DNA of 63,515 nt from Thermoplasmatota archaeon (GTDB lineage Archaea > Thermoplasmatota > SW-10-69-26 > JACQPN01 > JAIVGT01), in assembly GCA_035541015.1 (NCBI GenBank), contig DATLFM010000035.1, positions 1 through 63,515 on the forward strand, read 5' to 3'. The notes under the pieces are model-generated. The model made no database searches and was not told where the DNA came from. It saw only the letters and a list, made by a program, of their open reading frames with translations. Made by a program: the position numbers and the translations under genes. This document shows positions 18,101 through 26,851 of the stretch, one piece after another; the first letter of the stretch is position 1; each line of letters opens with the position of its first letter.

Positions 18101-21100
18101 GGAAGCGGGCAGGCCGACGACGTCTTCCGCGCTCGCGGCCACGAGGTCCTGGGATGGGTGGGCGCGGTGCCCGCCGTGGGAGAGCAGAACGTCTCGCGGG
18201 CCGCCAACGCGTGCGCCGGCGGCGTCGCCTACCGTCTCGTTCCCCCGGACGCCCGGTGCATGCCCGCGCAGGACCCTTGCATCCAGCCGCCGACGACCGT
18301 TCGCAAGGAAGGCTGCGTCTCCTACTTCTTCATCCCGTTCGGGTTCTTCATCCCGTTCCTCCTGGGCGCCGACAGCCGCTCGTTCGCCTGCGGCTTCCTC
18401 GGGGCGCCCCAGGCTTGCGGCGCCTTCAACGCGACGCCGCCCATCTCGCTTTCGATCGACGGCAACGCGCTGTTCCTCGACGCCGGAGGCCGCAACGCGT
18501 ACGACGTGCCTCGGCATCGCGCGGCGGAGAAGAACAACAGCCTCGTGTGGTACACGAACATCACGGGCGTTGGCGTCTCGATCGGATTCGACGACGCAAA
18601 CGGCGACGGCGTGCCCAACCTGCTCTACAGCGCGCTTGGCATGGACCCCTTCGTCGCCAACCCGCTCACCCACAGCAGCGACAACGACCTCTTCCCCGAC
18701 TGGCTCAAGGGCCGCCTCACGGCTCTCTCGACGATCGTCCACGTCGTGGACGACACGAAGGATCCCTTCCTCGAAGGCGCCTTCGAGGAACTTCGCCGGC
18801 AGCTGCAGACGCCCGTCCTACCCTCCATGCCCGGCGGCTTTCCGCAGGAGGTGCGGGAGTTCTACGACGGACCCGTGCGCCAACGGTGGAGCTTCACCTT
18901 CGGCGCCGCACGGGCGGTTCTGGGAATCCTCACGGTCGTCGCAAGCCCGGGCAAGGACCTTTCGCGCTTGGGCCTCTTCGAGCCGGGGCGCGAGTCGCCC
19001 GGCCGCGTTCCCATCGAGGGCCCCGGCTTTGTCCTCGTCGTCGACTCCATCCGCGGCGAGGGGCGCAACACGACGTGGTACCGGTCCGTGAACGTCAGCG
19101 GCGGCCAGTTCACCGACGAGTGGACGCCCGAGAACGCCTGGAACCGCGTGAACGGCTCGCTGCCCGTCATGGTGAACGTCATCGTCGACATGGCCGGCGA
19201 CGACACGTACGAGCACCTCGGGGCAAGCCAAAGCGTCCTGTTCAACGGCGTCCCGACCGGGATGATTGGGTGGCTCTCCCTCGTCGTGGACGCGCAGGGC
19301 AACGACGTCCACAACGCCTCCGCCCTCGTCTTTGACCTCGGCGGCGACGACTTCTACGGCAACCGCAGCTCCTTCAAGCCCCTCATCGTGGACGTGGGCC
19401 GGGGCAACGACACCTACGACATCGTCGAGTGGCGGCAGCCGCTGCGGGTTCCCCTGGTGGTGACCAGCGGAACCTACGACGCGAACCTGGCCCCGACGGT
19501 GATCGACGACGGCGGTCGCGACCGCTACAGCAGCATGAACCGCACGCGCGCCGGGTGCGGCGTGCTGCCGCCGGTCACCGTCTTGTCCGCGGTCTCCGTC
19601 CGACCCTGCGGCGAGACGCAGGTCCGGGGGGAGCAGTACGTTGCCGGCGAGCGCGTCGTTTTCCCAGGCGTCGCCTCGCCTCTTCCCAACGACGGCAACG
19701 GCAATTTCACCGTTCCCACGCACCTCGACCTCCACAGCGGATCGGACTGGTGCGGCCAGGACCACTCGGCCCGACCGCGCGATCCTGCCGCCGACGAGTT
19801 CTGCCTCTGGCTGGACGCCGGCGCGCACGCGGCCGGCTTCAGCCCGGCGTGGCTCGACCAAGATTGGGACAACGACTGTTACGCGAACGCCGACGAGTGG
19901 ACGCACCGCACGGACGTGAACGACCCGGCCGCGCACCCCTGGGCCGCCGGAAAGGACCTGGACGGCGACTGCGTGGGCGACCTCGTCGACGCCGACGCCG
20001 ACGGCGACGGATTGTTCTGGTGGGAGGAGCAGCGCGTCGACACGATCCGCAACCAGACGCACCTGGCGCCCGGCTCGCGCCAGTTCTCCCGGCTGGCCGC
20101 CAACGGCACGTGGGTGGACGAGGGGCGCTGGGTGAACGTCTTTGGGACCCTGCACTGGCTCAACACGACGTTCACCGAATCGAGCGACCGTGCGTGGGAC
20201 AACTCGAGCAACGCCTACTCGGATCTCCACCTCATCCTCGCGGGACTTCGCGATCCACAGGGCATCCGCTTCCGGAACGCCACGCTTGTGCTCGATCCCG
20301 GAAAGACCAAGCACATCCCCGACTACAACGACGACGGCTTCCCCGATCCGCCCTGGCTTCTCTACGGGCGTGGCCCGGAGGACCTGCCGCCCAACGTGCC
20401 CTGGCCGCCGGCCCGGTGGCCGCCGCAAGGTTGGCTGGGGCCGGCACGGCCCGCAAACTACACGGGCGACCTCTGGCCGCCGCTTGACGCATGCCCGCTT
20501 GACCTCAACGAGCCCAAGAAGTCGCTGGCGACCTGGTGGCTCAACGCCAACGCGAACGGGAACGACGTTTGCGACGTCCACGACCCCCGGATCAACGGCG
20601 AGCTTCCAAACGAATACCTGCGGGATCTCCAGGACCTCATGCGCCAGGGCTGCGCCGGTTGCCGGGGTGTCCCGGCCGAGGAGATCGCCTACTGGACGGC
20701 CGAGGGATACGATCCAGTCTACGATCCCGGCGTGGGCCTGCGCGATCCGGACCAGGACGGCTACACGATCCTCTCGGAGTTCCGCTTCGCTTCGGATCCG
20801 TTGAGCGACCGAAGCTATCCTCCCGTGGCCTTTGCGATTCCCAACGCGATCGCCCTCGACGTGACCGCTTTGGCCCCCGGCGCCCGGCACGCGCGCACGA
20901 CGGTCTCCTCCGAGGTGCCCTCGACGCTGCTCAACAACCTCGTCGATCTGGCTTACGACACGATCCCCGGCGGCGTGGGCGTCGGACGGCCGCGCGCGCC
21001 GGTGCTCTCGCACGAGGTGGCCCTGCTCCACGCCCAGGCCTGCGCGCAGGCCTTGCAGGAGGAGGACGAGCGCTGGTACGAGCAGTGCTTGCGCCCCGAA

Positions 21101-24100
21101 CTTGAGGGGATCGCGCACGCGACCACCTACTGGCACAACTACAGCCTCGTCCTGGACACGCGGGGCGACGACCGATACCGCAACAACGCGGGCGGATCGT
21201 TCACGGTTCGGGAGATCGCGGGCGTGGCGCTGCCCAACTGGACCTACGTGCCCATCGCGCTCCTCGTCGACCTCGAGGGGAACAACCTGTTTGACGCGGC
21301 CGCCCCCTCGGCGCAGGCCGCGGCGACCTTCCTCGACGTCGACCGCCGCCGCTGCCTGCGCAACTCCACCTGCCCGATCGATCCGCAGGAGACCGGGCTC
21401 AACGCGATTGTCGTCAACGACATGGGCCTGCGCCCGGCCGATCTCACCCAGACGCCCCAGATCGGCGGGGTGGGCATGCTGCTGTCGCTGGGCGGCGGAA
21501 ACGACGTCTACCGCGCGCCTTCGCGCGCCCAGGCCTACGCCGGCGTGGGCGGGTTGGCCCTGCTCTACGACGCCGGCGGCAACGATCGCTACAACCCGCT
21601 GCGCCAGGCGTGCTTTGACGCATCGACGATCGACTGTTTCCAACCGGGCGGCGACGGGTCGCGCGTGAGGGGCGTCGACGTGCAGGCGCGCGCGGAGGGC
21701 GGGATCGCGATCCTCGCGTCCCCGGGCGGCGACGATTCCTTCCTCTCCTGCTCGCGCTCGCAGGCCTCCGCGAGCTTCGGCGGCCTTGCGGTCCTGTTCA
21801 ACGGAGCCGGCAACGATCGCTACCTTGCGGAGGGCTGCCTCGGAGGCGCGCCGTCGATGTCGCAAGCCCACGCCTCCATGTTCGGCATGGCGATGCTTGC
21901 CGACTGGCAGGGGCGCGACACGTACCGCGGCCGGGACGCTTCGCAGGGCTCCGGCGAAGGCGGCGTCGCGATCCTGTTCGACGCCGCCGGCCACGACCGG
22001 TACGAGGCGCTCAACCGCTCGCAGGGCTACGGCACGGCCGTCAACCAGACGCGATTCAACGCGACGCTTGCGTTCGTCAAGACCCTCACCGACGGGGGCA
22101 ACCCCGTGCTCTCGCGCCTGCCTCTGCTGCAGCCGCTGCACCAGTGCACGAACCTGATCCCGACGCCCAACAACCTCGACGTGCCCTGCCGCGATCGAGG
22201 CCTCAACACGACCGCCAACGTGTCGCGGTACCTTCGCGACGAGGTCGCCGTGGGCGTTGGCGTGCTCTTGGATCTGGACGGCGACGATCGTTTCTCCAAC
22301 CGCGACCACTCGGGCGGCTACTCCGAGCACGGCGTCAAGGCCCTGCCCTGCACGCCGCAAGCCTGTCCGCCGCCGCCAAGCGGCGCGGCGTCCGCGCGGG
22401 AGCCGCTGTGGGCCGAGCTCTTCGGCGGCGTCCTTCCGGCCTTGGACCTTGGGCTTCCAAGCCTCGACCTTCGGCCCTTGGAGCCGCTCCGATCGCTCGT
22501 GCCGCCCGGCTCGGCATCGCAGGGCGCCGAGGACGACCCCGTCCACGCCGTGGAATCGCTGCCGGACGACCTGGCGCGCGAAGCGAACGAGGAAGCCTCG
22601 AACCCCGGCGGCCTGTACGTGGGAGGCGGCTACTTCGTGAGCTTGGGCGGCGAGAACGACTACGGCGACGCGTCCGCGAGCTTTGCGCACGCCCGCCCCC
22701 GCCCCCACGACCGCACCGACGAGACGCTGTGGACTTGGCGCGCCGGCCACGGAGGCCGTGGCGTCTATTCGTCGCTTGCCGGGGCCGCGTTCCAGTTCAC
22801 GGCCGAGCAGCTGGCCCAACTCTCCGGAATCTCGATCGACATCCTGGCGATCGTGGTGGACGGCGAGGACCGCCTGGCGACCGAGCCCCCGCCGGTTCCC
22901 GTCGCAGGCGAGGTGAGCGTGCTTGCCGCCGTCGCCGACGAGACGGGCGTGCTCTCGGGGGTGGGACCGGCAGCGCGCGTGGTCCTCACGCTCGACGGCC
23001 GGCCGGTGGCCCAGACGCTGCTGCGGGACTGCGCCGTCACGGCCTTCCACGAATCGGACCGCGTTCCCCGCGCCTTCGACTGCGAGCTCTCGTTCCGTCC
23101 CCCGGAGGAGTGGCAGGACCCGCTTGAGGTCTCCAGCGTCCTGGCGGCGCTCGTGCAGGACGCCTTCGGCCGCGTGCTGGGCTACGACGCGACGGACGAC
23201 GAGGAGGTGCGGGTCGACTACGCGCCAAGCGTGGTCGCCGTCTTCCCGCTCGAGGGAGCCATCGTCGTCGGCTTGGGCGCCGAGTCGCGCGTCCTGCTTC
23301 CGGGCGGCACGACGGCCCCGCTGTCGCTTGCTTGGACGACCGCGCCGCTTGACAAGAACGGCGACCGGATCGAGGATGGCATCGAGTTCGAGATCGAGCT
23401 TTCCACCTCCGACGCGTTTGCGCCCGACGAGACGACGACGTTCTCGCAAACCGAGTTCGACTTGGATCCCGGATCGCTTGCGGAGGGACGCTGGTGGTGG
23501 CGCGTGCGCGGCGTCGACGCGCTGGGCCAGACCGGCGAATGGTCCGCGCCCTCGTCGTTCTGGTACGACGACACGTCCCCCGCGGTGCAGGGCTTCTCCC
23601 CCTGCTGGCGTTGCGTCGTGCCCAACGGCCACCCCGTCCGGGGCACGGTGGGCGACGCGGGTTCGGGCGTCGACCGCGTGATTGTGACCTTCGAGGAGAC
23701 CCCCGAGCGCCGGTTCGTGGGCGCGCCCGTCGTGAGGATTCCCGACCAGGACGGCGCGTTTGAGGTCGTCGACTACGACCTGTCCAGCGGATTCGAGGGT
23801 CGCTGGTTCGTGAACGTCACGGTCGTCGACCGCGCCTTCGACCTGCTCCAAGCGGCGGTCGCCGCGGATCCCGGATTGGAGCCTTACCTCGGGCGCCACC
23901 GAGTCACCTACGAGTTCCAGGTGGACTACGACCTGCGCCCGCCCGTGCTGCCCACGGTCGAAACGGACCTTGGCACGGTCGTCGTCCCGCAGGGGCCGCC
24001 TCGCCGCGGCGTCCACCCGGGCGGGAGCGTGCTGTTCGAGTCCCAGCTTCGGGACGACGTCTCGGGCGTTGCCGCGGCATGGGGCTTCTTGCGCGACGCC

Positions 24101-26851
24101 GCCGGAGAGCTCCTCGCGACGGTTCCGCTTGCGCTCTCCCAAGGCGATCCCTCCAACGGGACGTGGACGGGACGGTGGGCCGCGCCGGGCGACCTTGCGC
24201 TTGGCACGAACTACCGCGCCTGGATCGAGGCGGTCGACGCCATGGGCAACCGCCTGGTCGAGGATCGCGACCTCAACCCCGCGAGCGGATTCCTCGTCGC
24301 CAACGTCCCGCCGCGGGCGGGGATCGCCCTTCTGACCTACGAGCGGGGGGCCGCGGCCACGCGCGGGGAGCACGTGACGATCCTGCTCCTGGCCGAGGCC
24401 GTGACGCCAAGCCTCATCCACCAAGTAAGCGTCGAGGCCCGGCCGTTCACGGGTGAGGACGGGCGCCTGCAGTTCCGCGACGACGGTCTGGCGGGGGATC
24501 TTGTGGCCGACGACCGGATCTGGACCCTTCGCGTGGCGGTGGACCCGCCCGAAAGCGGCACGTTTAACCTGCCCGTGCTCGTCGAGGACGTGGCCGGATT
24601 CGAGGTGCCTCGCGTCGTGTCCGTGAGCTTTGACGTGCACGCTCCCGTCGTGACGGACCTCGCCATCGACCCGCTTCGCATCACCGCGGGATCCGCCGTG
24701 GTGACCGCGCGCACCGACGAGCGCGCGACCGGCGTCGTCCACTACGCGCGCAAGGCCGGCTTCAACGGGACGTTCCAGACGGTGACCCGCCCAGGGTCGG
24801 GCGCCTGCGGGTGCATCCACGAGATCACCGTGCCGGGCCTTGACCCGTCCACCACGTACCTTCTGCACTTCCAGGCGATCGACGCGAAGGACAACGGGGC
24901 GGACGTGCTCCCCGAGTTCCTCGAGTTCACGACCCGCGAGACCTCGCGCGCGCCCGAGATCCAGCTGCTCTCGCCCGCCGCCGGCGACGCCGTGGGCGGC
25001 GTCGCGGTGGTTCGCTTCCTGGCTCGCGGCGTCCCGCAGATCGGAGGCCTCGTGGAGATCGCGCTGTGCTCGCCGATGTGCGCTCCCCTGGCCGAGCTTG
25101 CCCTTTCGCTCTCGGCCGACTTCGAGGAGCACGCCTGGACCTGGAGCACGGTCGGCCTCCCCGACGGCGACGCCTACCTGTTGCGGCTGACGCTTCGCGA
25201 CGCGCAGGACCTCTGGGCCACGGATGCAAGCGGGCGTTTCGTCGTCGACAACGCGCCCCCGCAAAGTCAGCTCCCGAGCCTGGCCGGCGTCACGCGCGAG
25301 TGCCCCGAGATCGGCCACAGCGAGTGCTGGTTCATTTCGGAGGTCGGCGTGAGCCTGGCCGCCGACGACAACCTCGCTGGCGTGACCCGCCTCCAGTACC
25401 GCTTGGGCGGCGGCAACTGGACCAACTACACGCGACCCTTCCTGCTCCGCGAGCAGGGGCGCCACGAGATCGGCTTCCGGGCCGCCGACCGCGCCGGCAA
25501 CGTGGAGGCCGAGCGCACGCTGGACGTCCGCATCGATCGGGTGGAGCCCTCCGGGAGCCTCCGTATCGAGCGCGGCGCCTCCGTCACGAAGAATGCGGTC
25601 GTGCGCCTGGACCTCTTGGCCACGGACGCCACAAGCGGCGTGGCCTCCATGCGGTTCTCCAACGACGGCCTGACGTGGAGCCCGTGGGAGCCCTTCGCGC
25701 CCGTGCGGCATTGGCTCCTCGACGCGACCCGGGACGGGCGCGCGACCGTCTGGGCCGAGTTCCGCGACGCCGCGGGCCTCGAGTCGAGCTACCGCGGCGT
25801 CCTCACGAGGGCCTCGATCGAAGTCGATCCCCGGGCGCCGCTTGCCTCGCGCGTGGCCGTCGGCGACGGGTCCGGCTTCGTGCGGTCGCGCGAGGTGCGC
25901 GTGCACGTGGGCGCCGACGACGGATCGATCGCCTTCGTGCGGTTGGCCAACGAGGACGGAATCTGGAGCGCCTGGACGCCCGCCTCCTCCTTCGTGCCCT
26001 GGACGCTCTCGCCCGGCGAGGGCCGGAAGGTCGTCCTCGTCCAGACGCGGAACGCCGCCGGCAGCGTCGGCGAGACCGCGCGCGCGGAGGTCGTCCTCGA
26101 TATGACCCCGCCCTCGCAGGTCCGCCTCCTGCGGCCCGTCTACGACGGCAGCGGCGTCCTTGGCTTGGCCTGGGAGCCCGCGCGCGACGCAGGCGGCGTG
26201 GCCGGCTACCGCGTCGAGCGCTCGGTGGACGGCGTCCGGTGGGTCTTGGCGGCCGAGACGAGCGAGTCGCGCGCGAAGGACCATGGCGCGGTCGAGGGCC
26301 GCTCCTACCAGTGGCGCGTGGTCGCGATCGATCAGGCCGGCAACCGCGCGCCCGCGAGCCTCGCTTTGCGCGAGATCCCGCGGGACCTCCGGTTCGGCGA
26401 CGCGGGCGTGCTCTCGGCCGGAACGGTCGATCCGCCGGTGGGCGGACCCTCCACGCTCTTCCGCTACACGGTCGTGTGGACGGACGTGGGCGGCGAGCGC
26501 CCGTCGGAGATCCACGTCCTGATCGACGGCGAGCCCGTTCCCATGCAGCCCGCCGATCCCTTCGTCGTAGGCTGCGAGGACGGCTGTCTGTACGTGGCCC
26601 AGGCCAAGCTTGCTCCGACGACGCTCGACGTCCGGCACACCTTCGCTTTCGCGGCGCGCGACGCCCAGGGCGAAGCCCGGTTCCCCGACGGTGGCGAGCG
26701 AATCGGCCCCGCCGTCACGGCGGCCGACGCCGAGTCGCAGCAGGGGCTCGCCGGCGCCGTCGCGGGGCTTCCCGCCTTTGAGGCCGCGCTTGCCCTGCTC
26801 GCCATGGCGGGCGTGGCCACGCTCGTCGCCCGGCGGAGGTGGACGCGATGA
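15155..26851 (+). CDS. Giant secreted protein (3898 aa): helical N-domain, poly-Ser linker, three blocks of G-x-D-x-Y/SQG solenoid-like repeats, TSP3-like acidic loops, Ig/Fn3-like C-terminal array, PGF-CTERM-like tail (LPAFE)
   Basis: ATG 15155 overlaps the upstream TGA (ATGA). The signal-like segment is RRSLALVLLLVVPTLLSGAQG. The frame is uninterrupted and protein-like for 11.7 kb. It ends GLPAFEAALALLAMAGVATLVARRRWTR*. The start is uncertain; GTG 15146 and TTG 15227 are alternatives. Confidence 0.8.
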   Translation: MSARPPGEGAFHNRIIKNRAGKRPLHAPSSVARPRRKTRGSNGAARRSLALVLLLVVPTLLSGAQGVPVPPSASQAVAGTSPAESALATSPVGQGALPFEVGAPGLAGPDLLELLTGQQLRLGDLAELETRLRGLPNRKAPTIDEILDATVRTLGVPAAPVEPVPTPCTSLPLRIALYAYADTVGLPLPPETEAELARADQLPLELQCSVAQVLAAMAEAARLHARAVACIPPHEQAFLRDHWSELSFASADAPTPIQQRLLAAAGCVDLQSLLQAAQTVAGAAQAAIPVLTRYDAAGLPLPDAEALAAGRSATGLLAELLRVAGLSIPPPFARELHPSDPLRAAAADLASALNVPAPSMPPQAREIHREVAASVAFVVHAHADVVRCATRLCPPSELWKAAFSLASAASQVSSTLRFRNIVEEFQFRQAEQMRTASPIAFEPVFGQEPLVDAVSQWLCATRACPSPAEIESMRAYTSAMPRDVELPSARLVLALVEAEQLRAKATSSISPMDLVRLSAETRGTYVALLAGAPTEKVPPSTSSSSSSSSSSTPPSGTPVPLRTEDDVDAAREIAQILDKVDWGLLHSVARMVLDEVRRAGDALAGKSLSPQQAGSQGSQPCGPFSQRVDLRQNPDGSWTFWADTRMDCRRDNEVTTPRVPKTAQTADGRWIVYDDRNGNGHPDEGEVLLDTRLVANPNYLFQPTANDVVFMDPTGSIVVTGTGRSIMAAPFFNGNPRQALVLSLGGDDLWLNNAGGSAAAPTVTSGEVVTTLDPQDAFMNASASLARFNAFFSGVVGALVPGTRVSSQDGTRLSPSAGNPLAANPFGAFAVAAAVMADPQRVNRGLLELHPANVTPQVHFTVAVALDVGGNDRYLSSEPFTQGAAGFFNVGVLLDREGNDHYVANNLSQGVGVTGGIGILVDVNGKDRYAAGEASQGFGLVGGMGLLTDLSQQDRYEIRSFGQGTAMGLGSIGVLADLGRDEGSGQADDVFRARGHEVLGWVGAVPAVGEQNVSRAANACAGGVAYRLVPPDARCMPAQDPCIQPPTTVRKEGCVSYFFIPFGFFIPFLLGADSRSFACGFLGAPQACGAFNATPPISLSIDGNALFLDAGGRNAYDVPRHRAAEKNNSLVWYTNITGVGVSIGFDDANGDGVPNLLYSALGMDPFVANPLTHSSDNDLFPDWLKGRLTALSTIVHVVDDTKDPFLEGAFEELRRQLQTPVLPSMPGGFPQEVREFYDGPVRQRWSFTFGAARAVLGILTVVASPGKDLSRLGLFEPGRESPGRVPIEGPGFVLVVDSIRGEGRNTTWYRSVNVSGGQFTDEWTPENAWNRVNGSLPVMVNVIVDMAGDDTYEHLGASQSVLFNGVPTGMIGWLSLVVDAQGNDVHNASALVFDLGGDDFYGNRSSFKPLIVDVGRGNDTYDIVEWRQPLRVPLVVTSGTYDANLAPTVIDDGGRDRYSSMNRTRAGCGVLPPVTVLSAVSVRPCGETQVRGEQYVAGERVVFPGVASPLPNDGNGNFTVPTHLDLHSGSDWCGQDHSARPRDPAADEFCLWLDAGAHAAGFSPAWLDQDWDNDCYANADEWTHRTDVNDPAAHPWAAGKDLDGDCVGDLVDADADGDGLFWWEEQRVDTIRNQTHLAPGSRQFSRLAANGTWVDEGRWVNVFGTLHWLNTTFTESSDRAWDNSSNAYSDLHLILAGLRDPQGIRFRNATLVLDPGKTKHIPDYNDDGFPDPPWLLYGRGPEDLPPNVPWPPARWPPQGWLGPARPANYTGDLWPPLDACPLDLNEPKKSLATWWLNANANGNDVCDVHDPRINGELPNEYLRDLQDLMRQGCAGCRGVPAEEIAYWTAEGYDPVYDPGVGLRDPDQDGYTILSEFRFASDPLSDRSYPPVAFAIPNAIALDVTALAPGARHARTTVSSEVPSTLLNNLVDLAYDTIPGGVGVGRPRAPVLSHEVALLHAQACAQALQEEDERWYEQCLRPELEGIAHATTYWHNYSLVLDTRGDDRYRNNAGGSFTVREIAGVALPNWTYVPIALLVDLEGNNLFDAAAPSAQAAATFLDVDRRRCLRNSTCPIDPQETGLNAIVVNDMGLRPADLTQTPQIGGVGMLLSLGGGNDVYRAPSRAQAYAGVGGLALLYDAGGNDRYNPLRQACFDASTIDCFQPGGDGSRVRGVDVQARAEGGIAILASPGGDDSFLSCSRSQASASFGGLAVLFNGAGNDRYLAEGCLGGAPSMSQAHASMFGMAMLADWQGRDTYRGRDASQGSGEGGVAILFDAAGHDRYEALNRSQGYGTAVNQTRFNATLAFVKTLTDGGNPVLSRLPLLQPLHQCTNLIPTPNNLDVPCRDRGLNTTANVSRYLRDEVAVGVGVLLDLDGDDRFSNRDHSGGYSEHGVKALPCTPQACPPPPSGAASAREPLWAELFGGVLPALDLGLPSLDLRPLEPLRSLVPPGSASQGAEDDPVHAVESLPDDLAREANEEASNPGGLYVGGGYFVSLGGENDYGDASASFAHARPRPHDRTDETLWTWRAGHGGRGVYSSLAGAAFQFTAEQLAQLSGISIDILAIVVDGEDRLATEPPPVPVAGEVSVLAAVADETGVLSGVGPAARVVLTLDGRPVAQTLLRDCAVTAFHESDRVPRAFDCELSFRPPEEWQDPLEVSSVLAALVQDAFGRVLGYDATDDEEVRVDYAPSVVAVFPLEGAIVVGLGAESRVLLPGGTTAPLSLAWTTAPLDKNGDRIEDGIEFEIELSTSDAFAPDETTTFSQTEFDLDPGSLAEGRWWWRVRGVDALGQTGEWSAPSSFWYDDTSPAVQGFSPCWRCVVPNGHPVRGTVGDAGSGVDRVIVTFEETPERRFVGAPVVRIPDQDGAFEVVDYDLSSGFEGRWFVNVTVVDRAFDLLQAAVAADPGLEPYLGRHRVTYEFQVDYDLRPPVLPTVETDLGTVVVPQGPPRRGVHPGGSVLFESQLRDDVSGVAAAWGFLRDAAGELLATVPLALSQGDPSNGTWTGRWAAPGDLALGTNYRAWIEAVDAMGNRLVEDRDLNPASGFLVANVPPRAGIALLTYERGAAATRGEHVTILLLAEAVTPSLIHQVSVEARPFTGEDGRLQFRDDGLAGDLVADDRIWTLRVAVDPPESGTFNLPVLVEDVAGFEVPRVVSVSFDVHAPVVTDLAIDPLRITAGSAVVTARTDERATGVVHYARKAGFNGTFQTVTRPGSGACGCIHEITVPGLDPSTTYLLHFQAIDAKDNGADVLPEFLEFTTRETSRAPEIQLLSPAAGDAVGGVAVVRFLARGVPQIGGLVEIALCSPMCAPLAELALSLSADFEEHAWTWSTVGLPDGDAYLLRLTLRDAQDLWATDASGRFVVDNAPPQSQLPSLAGVTRECPEIGHSECWFISEVGVSLAADDNLAGVTRLQYRLGGGNWTNYTRPFLLREQGRHEIGFRAADRAGNVEAERTLDVRIDRVEPSGSLRIERGASVTKNAVVRLDLLATDATSGVASMRFSNDGLTWSPWEPFAPVRHWLLDATRDGRATVWAEFRDAAGLESSYRGVLTRASIEVDPRAPLASRVAVGDGSGFVRSREVRVHVGADDGSIAFVRLANEDGIWSAWTPASSFVPWTLSPGEGRKVVLVQTRNAAGSVGETARAEVVLDMTPPSQVRLLRPVYDGSGVLGLAWEPARDAGGVAGYRVERSVDGVRWVLAAETSESRAKDHGAVEGRSYQWRVVAIDQAGNRAPASLALREIPRDLRFGDAGVLSAGTVDPPVGGPSTLFRYTVVWTDVGGERPSEIHVLIDGEPVPMQPADPFVVGCEDGCLYVAQAKLAPTTLDVRHTFAFAARDAQGEARFPDGGERIGPAVTAADAESQQGLAGAVAGLPAFEAALALLAMAGVATLVARRRWTR
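16778..16807 (+). repeat. (TCC/TCG)10 trinucleotide tract encoding Ser10
   Basis: tcc x5, tcg, tcc x3, tcg, in frame within 15155..26851 (PPSTSSSSSSSSSSTPPSG). Confidence 0.9.
18326..18358 (+). repeat. Perfect 15-nt direct repeat TTCTTCATCCCGTTC x2 separated by GGG (encodes FFIPF-G-FFIPF)
   Basis: Copies at 18326-18340 and 18344-18358 are identical, in frame, and lie in a locally AT-richer hydrophobic patch YFFIPFGFFIPFLLG. Confidence 0.9.
26835..26839 (+). promoter_or_regulatory. SD GGAGG for ATG 26848
   Basis: Lies inside CGG-AGG-TGG (R-R-W) of the upstream tail, 8 nt before the ATG. Confidence 0.55.

Noticed and set aside
15775-19335. Long off-frame + strand ORFs: 15775..19335, 28758..31553, 36825..40013, 40704..43820, 1016..3355, 4597..6765, 12959..15100, 25066..26781, 26610..28649 and 19429..20487.
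   Set aside because: They overlap the real frames out of phase. Their translations are dominated by R/P/G/A runs typical of shifted GC-rich frames. The real frames show signal peptides, repeats, sequons and sorting tails.
18818-26638. 2606-aa ORF on the minus strand. Similar giants occur at 31648..36366, 36592..40212, 44280..49616, 11724..14819, 9292..11727, 26464..28062, 28138..30096 and 41068..43233 (all minus strand).
   Set aside because: These are antisense to the strongly protein-like + strand genes. Their translations are Arg/Gly/Ala/Val/His-rich low-complexity strings with no signal peptides, domains or motifs. Stop-poor antisense frames are expected at about 70% GC.
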